Below, one piece after another: positions 10,914 to 21,129 of a DNA stretch of 64,000 bases. Positions within the stretch are counted from its first letter, which is position 1, and the number at the start of each line of letters is the position of its first letter. Below the pieces are notes generated by a model, which worked only from the letters and a program-made list of their open reading frames with translations, was not told where the DNA came from and did no database searches. Source of the DNA: Candidatus Spongiisociaceae bacterium (GTDB lineage Bacteria > Actinomycetota > Acidimicrobiia > Spongiisociales > Spongiisociaceae); assembly GCA_965262915.1 (NCBI GenBank), contig OZ253564.1, forward strand, positions 512,001 through 576,000, read 5' to 3'. The position numbers were made by a program, and so were the translations under genes.

Positions 10914-11680
10914 CAGCCACCAGCTCCTGTCACCATGAACTGGGCGTCGACGGGAGCCCGGTAAAGATCGACTGCGGGCCCCGACCACTTGACGGGTGGA
11001 CGCTCGTCCATGAAATCGAACAGCGACACTACGCCAGCCCAATCTGCGGCCTGCGGTTTCATCACGGCACCCAGAGTTGTCGTCTCCACGGTCACCTCCC
11101 GGGTATCGGCGTCCCACACGTACTCAACCAGCGGGAGCCGGTTTCTGCCGGTCGGTGTTCCATCCGCGTTCGACTCAAGCATGTTCCCTACTAAGACGTT
11201 CCGGTCCACAATCCAACGAGCAGACCGAACAACAGGCATCCGAGCAGACAGCCTCACACCGAACACCTGCGCCCACCAAGCCCCCAACACTCCCAGCAGC
11301 CGATCCCGCGCCCCGACTTCGTGGCCTGGTGTCCCACCGATGACGTTGTCGGGAGAAATGTCGACGGCGTACACAGAGGCAAGCGCTTCCAGAGCGTGAA
11401 ACGCTCCCGCGGCCTCGCCGGATCCGGCCGCCAGACCGCCGACGACGAGTGCCCCCGAAACGGCTTCGAGCTTGCGGGCGAGGATTGCGACGAGGAAGTT
11501 CCCGTCACCGCAGGCCGGTTCGAGGAACGTGGCGGACGGGTGAATACCCCACACCGTCGAAGGCAGGAGATCAAGCATGTCGGATACGACCCCCGCCGGT
11601 GTGAACACCTCCCCAAGGTCACGCACACGCTCGGTTGACTTGACAAGGCGTTCGCTGCCGGGGAACGACAACACGGTCAT
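10913..11680 (-). CDS. SAM-binding DNA methyltransferase-like subunit lacking NPPY
   Basis: RVRDLGEVFTP, FLEPACGDGNFL, YAVDI; no motif IV seen; coupled to the downstream MTase. Confidence 0.8.
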   Translation of the reverse strand: MTVLSFPGSERLVKSTERVRDLGEVFTPAGVVSDMLDLLPSTVWGIHPSATFLEPACGDGNFLVAILARKLEAVSGALVVGGLAAGSGEAAGAFHALEALASVYAVDISPDNVIGGTPGHEVGARDRLLGVLGAWWAQVFGVRLSARMPVVRSARWIVDRNVLVGNMLESNADGTPTGRNRLPLVEYVWDADTREVTVETTTLGAVMKPQAADWAGVVSLFDFMDERPPVKWSGPAVDLYRAPVDAQFMVTGAGG

Positions 11681-11814
11681 CGCCTCGCCAGTTCTAGTAA
11701 CCGCTGATGCTTCACCGTCGAGCGCAGTAAACGGCACCAGGTGGCCTTGCCGTAACCTGTAATCTCGCTAGCTTCTCGGACCGTCCCAGAGTCATCCCGC
11801 CACCATACCAATGC

Positions 11815-12070
11815 GGCTCTTCGGAAATGAGATGCTTCTATGTCTTACAAAATCGGTTCTGGGGTCGGGTTGGTGAGCCATTGTTGGTATCGACTGGCGA
11901 GTTGGTGGTTGCGGTCGAGGCCGCGTTCAAGTCGTGACAGTACGGTCGCGTGAGCGTCGAGGCGCTCCGTGGCGTGGGTGAGGGGTTATTCGGGCGGTCG
12001 GGGTGAACCGCCGACTTGTATCTGAGGGCTGAACTGTCCCACCCATCCGGTTCCGCCGGTGGGCGGAGCA
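11815..12070 (-). mobile_element. Remnant of a diverged IS110 right end (HTH tail) abutting an ISL3-type terminal repeat
   Basis: Minus strand ends ACATAGAAGCATC, like ACATAGGAGCATC of the IS110 at 31394-31406, and encodes TVLSRLERGL..HQLASRYQQWLT; flanked by GGCTCTTCGGAAATGA (11815-11830). Confidence 0.65.
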
Positions 12071-12160
12071 CCAGCTACACCTTCGCTTCATTCCCCTAAG
12101 ACGCACCTGCGGGTGCCGGCGGCGACTTCCATCTCTTGTCCGTAGTTTGCTGGGAGAATC

Positions 12161-15100
12161 GTGGTTGTGGCACGAAGGAAGAAAAAGGGCAGACGACGCC
12201 CCAGCCGTGGACCCAGTGCGCCCCGGCAGCAGAAGCCGGTAGTAACGGTTCGGGACTCCGGTGCGACGGCTGGGGCAGATGCGGCAGCGGACGGTGGCCG
12301 GAGCGAGCTCCTCTTCAAACGGTGGGGAGAAAGCAGGGCCGGTGCCCGGGCTGGGCGCGGATTCAACTTCCAGAACACGGTTGGCGCTTGGCTAGCAGCC
12401 CAGATGGCGTCATCCAGGATGGCTGCGGATGTTCTAGTACCTGAAGGGTTCGAAGACATGTCTTTGGAAGGTGCCAGCCCCCTGCATATCCAAGTCAAGT
12501 CCCGTGTTCAGCGTCGTGACCGTTTCCCGATATGGGAAGCGACCAAACACATACTCGACGCGTGGGAAAAGCATCTGAGCCGCGGGAAGGATGATTCGAT
12601 TCTTGTGGTCGTGCTCGAACGCGGCGTCAAGGGCGAAGAGAACCTGGCCGGCTTCGGTCGGCCACTCGCTGACTCGTTGTCGAGCGACTCCGGGCTGCGA
12701 GCCGGGCTCCGCCGCGCCGCGGGCGCACGGGGGATCAACTCCGATGGCATGGACAGGCTCTTGTCTTGCACCGTAGTTGTGGGCGTCACCTGGGAGGAAG
12801 TGACTGCCGGTACCGTTGCCGAACTCGACTGCCTCGTTGATCTCCCGCCCTCCGGTCTTGGTCTTGTTGAACGCCACCTCCGCACTATGGTCGCGGACGC
12901 TGCCGACGCTAATGCAACAACCGACTATGAGCATCGTCGCCGTCTCAGCAGAACTGAACTGGTCGAAGAGATCGAAACCACCGCTGGATTGGTCGATATC
13001 TCCTCACTCGAGTTTGCTGTTAGAGAGGGTATCTGCGAACCGCTGGACCTGACTGGGTCGGTTCCCGCAGACGACCGTTTCTATGAGGGCACAGCAACCC
13101 AGCCGCATCATGTAGCAGCCGGCCTGGTGGTACCCCAGCCCACGGTGATGGACAAGATCCTGTTCGGGCTTGACGAACGGTCCGCTGTGGTCATCAGCGG
13201 CCCTTCCGGTGTCGGCAAGAGCGCAGTCCTGTGGACGGTACCGTTGGCGCTTTCGGGTGTGCTGTGGTACCGGGTTCGACGCCTAGCCGACGGAGACGTA
13301 CCGCATCTGATACGCCTCGCCCGGGCCTACCGTGCCACCCGGGAGACACCGGTCGGTTTCCTGGTCGACGCTGCCGGAACGGATGCGTTGGGCGGCTGGG
13401 CTCGTCTACGCGCCGAAGCGGCCACTGTTCCTGGTGTGCTGCTAGTAGGCACGGCACGGAGCGAGGACCTGATCACTCTGGGTGACCTATCCGATTGTGT
13501 GAGGATACCGATACGACTTGATGAGACCGCAGCGGAGACCATCTTCAGGGGCCTGGAGCGACGTGGTGCTACCACGGTTGCGCATTGGGCGGAGGCGTTC
13601 GCCAACTCCGACGGTCTGACTCTCGAGTTCACCCACATGCTGACACGTGGACGACGGCTCCACGATGTCATCAGCGAACAGGTCCGGCGTCGTATCGCCG
13701 ACAAGCGGCGCCACTTGGAGTTGGAAGTGCTGAGTCTCGTCTCGGTCGCTGACCGCTGGACAGTCTCCATCTCGACACCCGACCTAGCAGCGGCCTGTGC
13801 GGTCACCGACTTCGAACTCCGCAAAGCGACCAGCCGACTTGCCCACGAGCATCTCGTTATCGAACGCGACGGCGCCATGTCGGGTCTGCACCGGCTGCGG
13901 TCGACGGCGATCAGCGACGTCATCCATGACCAACCGCCACCGGACCTCCACAGCACGGTCCGAAGGGTCCTAGATCTGGTCCCCGACTCCGAATTGTGTC
14001 GCTTCGTGGCCAATCTGCTGCGCGACGAGCCATCGGCGAAGGAGACCATTATCAACGCTGCCAGTAGTGACGTCCCCAGCCCGGGTCGTTTGGTCGCCTA
14101 TCTACACGGTTTGCGCCTATCCGACTTCCACAAAGTCGCGAGGGTGTGGAAAGGAATCGCCGATGACCACCGGATACCCGAGTCGTCCCAGGCGTTGCTC
14201 TTCTACTACACGGCAGTAGGCGTCCCGGTCCCAGATTTGCTCCCGCACGAGATCCGCGCCGCGCAAGAGGCGATGAACACGGCACCGGTACCTACGTCCC
14301 GCGACGACCTGGTGGCCGTCGTCGGAGAAAAGACCATCGCTGAACTTCTGGCATTGATCAATGACGTAAGCGAGGCCACGGCGATGTTCGCGGTTCTAGA
14401 GACCGGCACCCCGAACCTGGTTTCCGCTATCAGACAAACCCTGAATGATGACTCGCCGCTAGTCCGGGCCCTGGACACTGCACCCGTGGATCAACTGGCC
14501 GAGCTTATGGCGACCGCTCGGTCCTGTGACCGAACAGTTGCCGAGCACCTAGTTGGCTTGATCGGCGGCCGGGACACTGTTCTTCTCCGCGTGCGGGCCC
14601 ACAATCCGTGGATAACCGAACTTGAGATAAGAGCAGGAGAAGATGGCCCCGTCGCGTACGGCAGGTTCCTTCACGTCTCCGACATTGTGCAAGGCAACGC
14701 CCAGGAGGAAGCCGTCGCACTCGGACAGGTGCTGCTCCGATGCCTCCCCAGCATCGAATCCGTCGACATCCAAGCTCTCACACCGGGCGGTCAAGAGATC
14801 CGGATCGGGAACCGCATCTTCGGGGTCACCCATCTCCAGCGTCAGTACGACCACTCTTTGTCCGGCATCGCGTGGAACCAGGCCCGCATCCGCGGGGCAC
14901 TCACACTCGTCGGCGAAGCCGACACAGTCCGACTGGCCAAGGCACGGCCGCTACTTGACCAGGCAGCTAGCTTGACCTACGAAGCAGGAACCCAACTAGT
15001 AACTGGCACACCCCACAATCTTGGTCCCAGACAACTCACCGAGCAGATCAACGAACTCCACGAGCTTGGACAGTCGCTCGGCCCCCGACGTGAGACGGCT

Positions 15101-16261
15101 GAACTCGACGAGACGCTCATCTCCCAGCAAGCGTCCGTGCTGAACACCGATCATCTATCCGCGCTGATCCACGCGCTGACAGGTAACGTCTTTCGTCGGC
15201 TGGTAATGCCGGATCAGTACAGAAGGCTGGCGGCGTACCTCACCGACACGGTGATCGGGTATCACCTCGAAGGTGCCCGGAGCGAACCTTGGACCCTTCT
15301 GGGTATGGATGGGCATCCAGCCAGCCTTGACCGACTCAGCGAGCTTCTTAGCGATATCCACGCGGTTGTCAGCGAGCTGGCAACCAATGACACCAACGTT
15401 GCGAATGTATTCAGGAGCGTACGTTCCGGAGGAAAGGGACAAGCGCTCCACCGAGCTGCTCGCACTAGTCGGCGTCAACACCGGCAACGTGTCAGTGCCC
15501 GCTGCCGGGCTTTGCAGAAGGTGTGCGACGCCACAGGCTTGAGCACCAAGGTATTGCATCGCCAACCGGAGCAGACTCCTCTCCTCGAATTCGCCATAAC
15601 CGTCGAACTCGGCTCCCTCGTCGAATGGGAGGACGCGCACTCAACACTGGAAGCAGCCCTAGGACCGAACCGGCCCCCCGCGGAGATCTACCTGCTCGTT
15701 CCGCTCCGGGGTCAAAGGTCAGTACCAAGCCAGGCGATGCAGTTGATCGACTCTCTGTTACATTCGCCGGATCCGGGCGACTGGGCGACCACGGTCTCCG
15801 AACCCGCCCCTAGCGAACTCGCCGACACTTTCAGCGAGGCGCAGGAAGCGCTTCAGGTCCTCTCGGGTATCTGCCACGTCCCAGAAGACCAGCAGACGCA
15901 TCAGACAATTCAGACCGCCGTGGAACAAGCCACGTCCCGATTCCGGAAAGCATACGAAAGGCTTCTCGAACTACCGTCGGATCCACTGATCGACGAACTG
16001 GTAGCAGTTGTTAAAGCTCTGGCAGCACAAGTGCAAGCAGAACTCGACGGGACACATTCCGGCCTGAGCCTCGCTGAGAAAGTCGCTCTCGGCGTATTCC
16101 AAGGTGACCGAACAGAGGAGTTCGACACTATCTTGGGTGCCCGATGCCTGGCCCTAGAGTGGGAAATCGATCCCAAGGCCGCTCTGGCAATGTTCGCTGA
16201 CCTTTCAGAGGCTGCGCGGAAATGTGGGGTGGGTGGGTTGAAATCCTTGGAATGGGGGTGA
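12161..16261 (+). CDS. Large PD-(D/E)xK (Cap4-like) nuclease - P-loop NTPase protein, putative anti-phage effector; last codons derive from an ISL3 end
   Basis: AGRGFNFQ..EGFED..HIQVK nuclease motif; SGPSGVGKS Walker A; FLVD Walker B; long helical C-terminus. Confidence 0.75.
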   Translation: MVVARRKKKGRRRPSRGPSAPRQQKPVVTVRDSGATAGADAAADGGRSELLFKRWGESRAGARAGRGFNFQNTVGAWLAAQMASSRMAADVLVPEGFEDMSLEGASPLHIQVKSRVQRRDRFPIWEATKHILDAWEKHLSRGKDDSILVVVLERGVKGEENLAGFGRPLADSLSSDSGLRAGLRRAAGARGINSDGMDRLLSCTVVVGVTWEEVTAGTVAELDCLVDLPPSGLGLVERHLRTMVADAADANATTDYEHRRRLSRTELVEEIETTAGLVDISSLEFAVREGICEPLDLTGSVPADDRFYEGTATQPHHVAAGLVVPQPTVMDKILFGLDERSAVVISGPSGVGKSAVLWTVPLALSGVLWYRVRRLADGDVPHLIRLARAYRATRETPVGFLVDAAGTDALGGWARLRAEAATVPGVLLVGTARSEDLITLGDLSDCVRIPIRLDETAAETIFRGLERRGATTVAHWAEAFANSDGLTLEFTHMLTRGRRLHDVISEQVRRRIADKRRHLELEVLSLVSVADRWTVSISTPDLAAACAVTDFELRKATSRLAHEHLVIERDGAMSGLHRLRSTAISDVIHDQPPPDLHSTVRRVLDLVPDSELCRFVANLLRDEPSAKETIINAASSDVPSPGRLVAYLHGLRLSDFHKVARVWKGIADDHRIPESSQALLFYYTAVGVPVPDLLPHEIRAAQEAMNTAPVPTSRDDLVAVVGEKTIAELLALINDVSEATAMFAVLETGTPNLVSAIRQTLNDDSPLVRALDTAPVDQLAELMATARSCDRTVAEHLVGLIGGRDTVLLRVRAHNPWITELEIRAGEDGPVAYGRFLHVSDIVQGNAQEEAVALGQVLLRCLPSIESVDIQALTPGGQEIRIGNRIFGVTHLQRQYDHSLSGIAWNQARIRGALTLVGEADTVRLAKARPLLDQAASLTYEAGTQLVTGTPHNLGPRQLTEQINELHELGQSLGPRRETAELDETLISQQASVLNTDHLSALIHALTGNVFRRLVMPDQYRRLAAYLTDTVIGYHLEGARSEPWTLLGMDGHPASLDRLSELLSDIHAVVSELATNDTNVANVFRSVRSGGKGQALHRAARTSRRQHRQRVSARCRALQKVCDATGLSTKVLHRQPEQTPLLEFAITVELGSLVEWEDAHSTLEAALGPNRPPAEIYLLVPLRGQRSVPSQAMQLIDSLLHSPDPGDWATTVSEPAPSELADTFSEAQEALQVLSGICHVPEDQQTHQTIQTAVEQATSRFRKAYERLLELPSDPLIDELVAVVKALAAQVQAELDGTHSGLSLAEKVALGVFQGDRTEEFDTILGARCLALEWEIDPKAALAMFADLSEAARKCGVGGLKSLEWG

Positions 16262-16550
16262 GGGTTCGCTGGAATCGGTGAGTTACTAAATCGCCGGTCC
16301 AGGGAGCCTCGATGTCTCATGTCATGTCCGTTCGGTTGCACCTGTCGGGTGTTCGCGTGTTGGAGGTGGGGGTCGATTCGGATGGTGGCCGCCATCATGG
16401 GGTGGGGATGGCATCGGATCATGGGCTTGGTGAGAGTTCACTCGGCTTTGGTGGCGGAGCGTCACCGGGCCCGGCCGTGTCGTGTGCTGCTGGTAGACGA
16501 AACATCGATCCGGCGCCGGTGTCGGTATGTGACCGTGGTGGCCTGCGGTG
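16208..16550 (+). mobile_element. Internally deleted ISL3 remnant with an uninterrupted left IR
   Basis: GAGGCTGCGCGGAAATGTGGGG then high similarity to 31407-32010 (MSHVMSVRLHLSGVRV; LLVDETSIRRR). Confidence 0.85.
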
Positions 16551-16785
16551 ACGCACAGCCATGTATTGGGTCACTAGGTATGATTATCCCGCCCGGCTGG
16601 GAAGGTAATCGTAAATCCGTGTGGACATGCGGCCCGTGTACGGATAGCGACATATCACCGGCCAGTACTGGAACTCCGGCGTTGGAGTGGAAGATGACCG
16701 TCAATTGGTTAGCCTCACCTTAACCTAGAACTAACTCCACGAGTCGGCTAGGAAGCGCCGCCGACGCTCGATCCCGCTCAGTTCG

Positions 16786-17741
16786 TCATTCGCCACCGAA
16801 AACTACACGCACCGGCTCCCCGACACCACCGGACCCCCGGGTAACGACGGCTCGGGTCATACTCTGCGGTGAGCGGCCACCGCTTCGATACCCGGCCGTA
16901 CATACCGATCCAGGGCTGCGCAGGCTCCAGTGGCGGCTTTTCGCCTTCAGCAGCGGTGCTCCTACTCCCCTCTCCCCCAGGTGGGTGAGCGCAGAGTGGC
17001 GCAGCTGGTGCAGCGTCCAACCCCGACGCGTCGCGGAACAGCGCCCAAGCCTGCTGATACGACAGCCTCCCCCGACCGGTGTCGAGACATAGGTCTGGAA
17101 GCGCTGGCGCCTGGTTGGGCCGGCGGTGAGTGACGAACACCGGACCCCGACGACGGCCGCCCAGATAACGGGGCAGCAGGCGGGCGGTTCCCGAAGCCCA
17201 CACGACTTCTCGGCGGTGGCCGCCTTTGCCCCTGACCACAGCCTTCCTGGCTCCGAGGTCGAGGTCCTCGACGTTGAGGGCCAGTATCTCGTTAGCACGG
17301 GCCGCTGTTTCGTACGGCATTCCTCCACAGGGTCTTCTCACGTACGTGAACATCCGGCCGGGTCCACAGGGTGTGCTGCTGCTCGTAGCGGATCGGCGCG
17401 GTGTCGTCGCGCACCTGTGGGCGGCGTTCTATCCCCGCCAACGGATCCTCGGTTATCCAACCTTGTGCCTGTACCCAGCGGCGGAACGACCCCACCGCGG
17501 TGAGACGGTTGTTCCACGTCGCCGACGAAGCATCACCCCAGTGATCCTCAAGTACGCGGCGTACCCGCTCGGCGGTGAACCCGTCGAGGGCGAGGTCAGA
17601 GCCGAGGTCCCCGACCACGGCTCCGAGGGTGTGGGCGTAGCTGCGACGGCCTTTGGCCGATAGCGGTTTGGCCGCCAGTAACTGCTCGACGGCTCGGCCT
17701 AGGGAGGGGACACGGTGTGGGAGGGCTAGGACTTCGGGCAC
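16786..17741 (-). pseudogene. Tyrosine recombinase, frameshifted
   Basis: Three overlapping frames give the N-terminal SAM-like domain, YETAARANEILALNVEDLD..VRGKGG and LHQLRHSALTHL. Confidence 0.8.
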
Positions 17742-17830
17742 CGTATCAGCGGTTACCAGAGATATCCGACAGGGTTCACAGGGGTGGAGGCTACCCGAAC
17801 CGCCTGCATGATCGGGGTAACGGTCGGCTG

Positions 17831-17863
17831 TTACGAGAGATACTCCGCCAGTATCTCTAGTAA
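17831..17863. promoter_or_regulatory. lox-like recombination site 1 (13-7-13)
   Basis: TTACGAGAGATAC-TCCGCCA-GTATCTCTAGTAA, arms 12/13 inverted; 90 bp upstream of the recombinase; extra half-site TTACCAGAGATAT at 17753. Confidence 0.7.
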
Positions 17864-17926
17864 GGCACAGGCACAGCGCTCCTCCCTATTCTGAGCCGTA
17901 ACCGACGAACCGAGCCAATGCTGGCG

Positions 17927-18235
17927 TCAGTGCGCCGGAGCCAGATTGACCGTGACCGTCATATCGATAGCTGCCGCGGCCTTGTGGAGAGTCGTGAGCG
18001 TGGCGCTCGTGCCGCCGGCCTCAAGGCGGGCAACCGCCGCCTGGCTCGTCGACATGCGAGCGGCAAGGTCGCGCTGTGTCAGCCCCGCGGCTTCTCGCGT
18101 GTCGCGTACCTTCTCCCCCACCTCCATAGCCAGACGAGCCACAGCAAGGGCCGCGTCGAACTCGGCACGCTCGTTGACGCTCATCGTGTTGAGCCGTCTC
18201 TGTCGCAACTCTTCAAACGTTGGGCGCGCCATCAT
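17927..18235 (-). CDS. XRE-family HTH antitoxin (HigA-like)
   Basis: REAAGLTQRDLAARMSTSQAAVARLEAG; overlaps the toxin stop. Confidence 0.85.
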   Translation of the reverse strand: MMARPTFEELRQRRLNTMSVNERAEFDAALAVARLAMEVGEKVRDTREAAGLTQRDLAARMSTSQAAVARLEAGGTSATLTTLHKAAAAIDMTVTVNLAPAH

Positions 18236-18570
18236 TCCTCCTCAGGTGAGTGTCCCTCAGCGATGCACCGCCGAATCAACCCCGAGCCCGCCGGACTTCG
18301 GCCCGCTCGTTCTGCCTCTGCTTGCGAAAACGTCGTCAACAGAATAATCCGCCGGTCTTCCGCGAAGTAGAACGTGACCCGTCGCGCGACGCGGCCGAGG
18401 CCGACCCGAAGCTCGAACAGCCCATCGCCCAACGACCGCGATGCCGGGAACCGCAGACGGCTGCCATCCTCGGCGAGTCGTTCGACCGCCGCCGCCACCG
18501 TCGCGAACTCTCCCACGGAAAGCGACTCGATCCATTGCTCAACTTCCGGCTCGACCTCCACCAACCACAT
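18232..18570 (-). CDS. RelE/Gp49-like toxin (HigB-like); C-terminus may carry compensating indels
   Basis: LRFPASRSLGDGLFELR..RVTFYF..IILLTTF; toxin-first order. Confidence 0.8.
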   Translation of the reverse strand: MWLVEVEPEVEQWIESLSVGEFATVAAAVERLAEDGSRLRFPASRSLGDGLFELRVGLGRVARRVTFYFAEDRRIILLTTFSQAEAERAGRSPAGSGLIRRCIAEGHSPEEE

Positions 18571-18740
18571 GACATCAAACGCCGACGCCCCGAAGCCAGC
18601 GACGACACGAATTGCGAACGGGAACCCCTAACCGGACAGCCCCACTACCCCACCCAAACGCCGCCGGAGCCAGGATGGGCTACGAGCAGCTGAACAGCAG
18701 GCTAAGAACCCACGGGCATGTTCGAGGTTTCGTTCCACCG

Positions 18741-18773
18741 CTACCAGAGACACTCGGCCAATATATCTCCACT
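18741..18773. promoter_or_regulatory. lox-like recombination site 2 (degenerate)
   Basis: CTACCAGAGACAC-TCGGCCA-ATATATCTCCACT, same orientation as sites 1 and 3. Confidence 0.45.
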
Positions 18774-18848
18774 TGGATGACGGGCCATGAACAGCAGTCT
18801 TGGGAAGGTAGGGTGCGGCGCCTGGGCTCGCTACGGAAACGGCGTTGG

Positions 18849-19808
18849 CTACCAGTCCTCGGTCTCAACGAACAGCGGCGCGTACCGGTAGACGGCTGCG
18901 AACTCCTGCGCATCCCTAGCCGGGATCCCTGCTACGGATGCGGCTTCTCTAACCTTGTCGCGTGTATCCGGTATCGCGCTTAGGAGGTGTTGTACCTCGC
19001 GGCGGGTGAGACGAGGTATCTTGATCTGGCAAGGTTCTTCGCCGGACCGAGTGAACTCGAGGGTTCCTATCCTGCATTTGTCCCACTGGTGGCGGTCGAC
19101 TTCGGCGACGAGAGCACCGCCAACCGTGAGCATTTGCGCTCCGTCGGCGTGGACCATATGGAACATTTGATGGAACGTGATGTGTTTTTCTTTGGGACGT
19201 GCCGCGTTCCGTGAGCCGAGCGCTGCTCTGATTTGTTCCCGCAATATCCGATACGAGAACTGTGCGTATTCGGCCCTTGTACGCGGTTCCGACCGGCCGT
19301 CTCCGACCTCGCTTAGCCAGCCCTCCCGTTGATCATCAGGGGGCCGTTCGGCGTTGATAGTGACTATCAGCACGCTTGCCGAAGCGCATCGTCCTACGGC
19401 CTCTTCTATATCGGAGAGCACGCCCTTGTTGACTCGGCTCTCGTAGTCAAGCCATACGATGTGCGGACGGTTCTCAAGTCCTATCTGTGGTAACGCATCG
19501 CCAGTCCTCTTCATTACTACTTCGATACACGCTAGCGGCAGGTTGAACCTGACGCGGTCTTCAGCCCGTGGGTCGCCCTCGATGGTGATCATGTCGCAGA
19601 TCCCGAGCCGACGGTGGACGACCTGGAAGTCGCGAAAGTAGGTTGACCCCATCCCAACGTACCGGTATTTGTCAACGGGCATGAGCGGAGTTAGCCGGGC
19701 TAGAGCCTCGACGATCATCCGGCGCGACGTTGCTTTCGCAGGGCGGAGGGAATAGTCGACCTTCGGTCGGAAGGGTGGCATACCGGTCTCAGCTGATTTC
19801 GTCGGCAT
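18849..19808 (-). CDS. Putative methyltransferase-fold protein
   Basis: DYSLRPAK..RRM, YRYVGMGSTYFRDF, IVWLDY; overlaps the upstream ATPase. Confidence 0.7.
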   Translation of the reverse strand: MPTKSAETGMPPFRPKVDYSLRPAKATSRRMIVEALARLTPLMPVDKYRYVGMGSTYFRDFQVVHRRLGICDMITIEGDPRAEDRVRFNLPLACIEVVMKRTGDALPQIGLENRPHIVWLDYESRVNKGVLSDIEEAVGRCASASVLIVTINAERPPDDQREGWLSEVGDGRSEPRTRAEYAQFSYRILREQIRAALGSRNAARPKEKHITFHQMFHMVHADGAQMLTVGGALVAEVDRHQWDKCRIGTLEFTRSGEEPCQIKIPRLTRREVQHLLSAIPDTRDKVREAASVAGIPARDAQEFAAVYRYAPLFVETEDW

Positions 19809-21129
19809 ACAGCCGCTCGAATGCCTCTTCCCCGATCTGCCGGTTCGTGGTGAGGTGAAGAGCTTTCTTGAGTTCGTTCACGCGGGAAATATCTGCCGGG
19901 AACTGGATGCTGGTCGTCCGCGGGCGGGCTTGAATGGTCCGTAGTGTGTCCCGAGACCGCTCAGGTACTCGGAATCGGCCAATCGGCACGTCGCTGACCG
20001 GCGTGGGTTGCGCCATCATCAGCGCTGTCCGAACGGCTTGCTGCATCTTGCCGTCGCTCTCCTCGAACTGATGCCGTTCTATGACCAGCTCGTTGGTGAA
20101 AGTCGCGAATTGGCGGAGGACGGAACGCATCTTGCCTAGAGCATTCCTGTAGACGTCCGAAGAGGCGTCGATTTCAGTCTTTGTCGTCGTCCACGGTAGC
20201 GCGGCCGGAGAATCGGAAGCAAAGAACACAAAACCCCGAAACCGCGCGTATTGCGGATGCCACGCTGGCACATCGGGTCCGTCGAGCCCGGCCGTGCCCC
20301 AGCCGGTAAGTCCTGTGCGATCAGCCTTCAGCACAAGGCGGCCGTTGCAGTAAACGTACCAACCGGATTCGGCAACCGACCTCCGCTTCAGACCGATGCC
20401 AGCGATGATTCGTAAGTTGACGCTCTGATCCCCGGACAAGAGCACCGCGCTCTGGTTTTCGGGCCGTATCCCTCCGCCTACAAGAAGTTTATGTATGCGC
20501 TGGTCCGCCGGTTCCATGTTCAGTGAGATCGTCAGTCCCGCCTTGATCGCCTCGCCGTGCCTATCCGCGACATCGTGCAGCATCCTGCGTACGTAGCCGT
20601 CGTCGGCGAATGACTCACTCACGCCCTCGTGCAGATTCTTCACTTCGACCGTCGTACCTGCTTCGTCGGCTGGGGTATCGATGATCTCCATCGGAAACGT
20701 CCAGTCGCCCTCCTGCTCGCGCCACTGCCCGACATCCAATCCAACAACGAACCGAGTATGGGTTGTCGACGAGTCGACCTCGAAGTTGCGCCCGAGGCGA
20801 AAGACGGCCCGTTTCATCCCGATCCCGAACTCGCCTATCCGCGTTGTCGGATTGAACCCCGGCGCCCGGCCGAACCTGAACGCGTAGTGCCGGGCCGTGT
20901 CGATGTCAATGCCCCTACAGTTATCGCTGATCTTGAAGTGATCCCGATCAAGTATCACATTTATGTAAAAGTCGTCAAGGCCCCCGCCCGGCGTGCGGTG
21001 CGCGTAGGCAGCGTCGACAGCGTTGTCGATCAGGTCCAGGATCGCTCCGTCAATACCAATGTCCCGCACCAGCATGTCGACAAAGAATCCTCTCGTCGCA
21101 CTCGCGTCGGCCGTGGATCGTGTCGTCAT
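19789..21129 (-). CDS. GHKL/MORC-type ATPase (HATPase_c_3)
   Basis: ILDLIDNAVD, ISDNCRGID, IGEFGIGMK, GTTV, YCNGRLV; ATGA overlap with the dcm stop. Confidence 0.85.
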   Translation of the reverse strand: MTTRSTADASATRGFFVDMLVRDIGIDGAILDLIDNAVDAAYAHRTPGGGLDDFYINVILDRDHFKISDNCRGIDIDTARHYAFRFGRAPGFNPTTRIGEFGIGMKRAVFRLGRNFEVDSSTTHTRFVVGLDVGQWREQEGDWTFPMEIIDTPADEAGTTVEVKNLHEGVSESFADDGYVRRMLHDVADRHGEAIKAGLTISLNMEPADQRIHKLLVGGGIRPENQSAVLLSGDQSVNLRIIAGIGLKRRSVAESGWYVYCNGRLVLKADRTGLTGWGTAGLDGPDVPAWHPQYARFRGFVFFASDSPAALPWTTTKTEIDASSDVYRNALGKMRSVLRQFATFTNELVIERHQFEESDGKMQQAVRTALMMAQPTPVSDVPIGRFRVPERSRDTLRTIQARPRTTSIQFPADISRVNELKKALHLTTNRQIGEEAFERLYADEIS

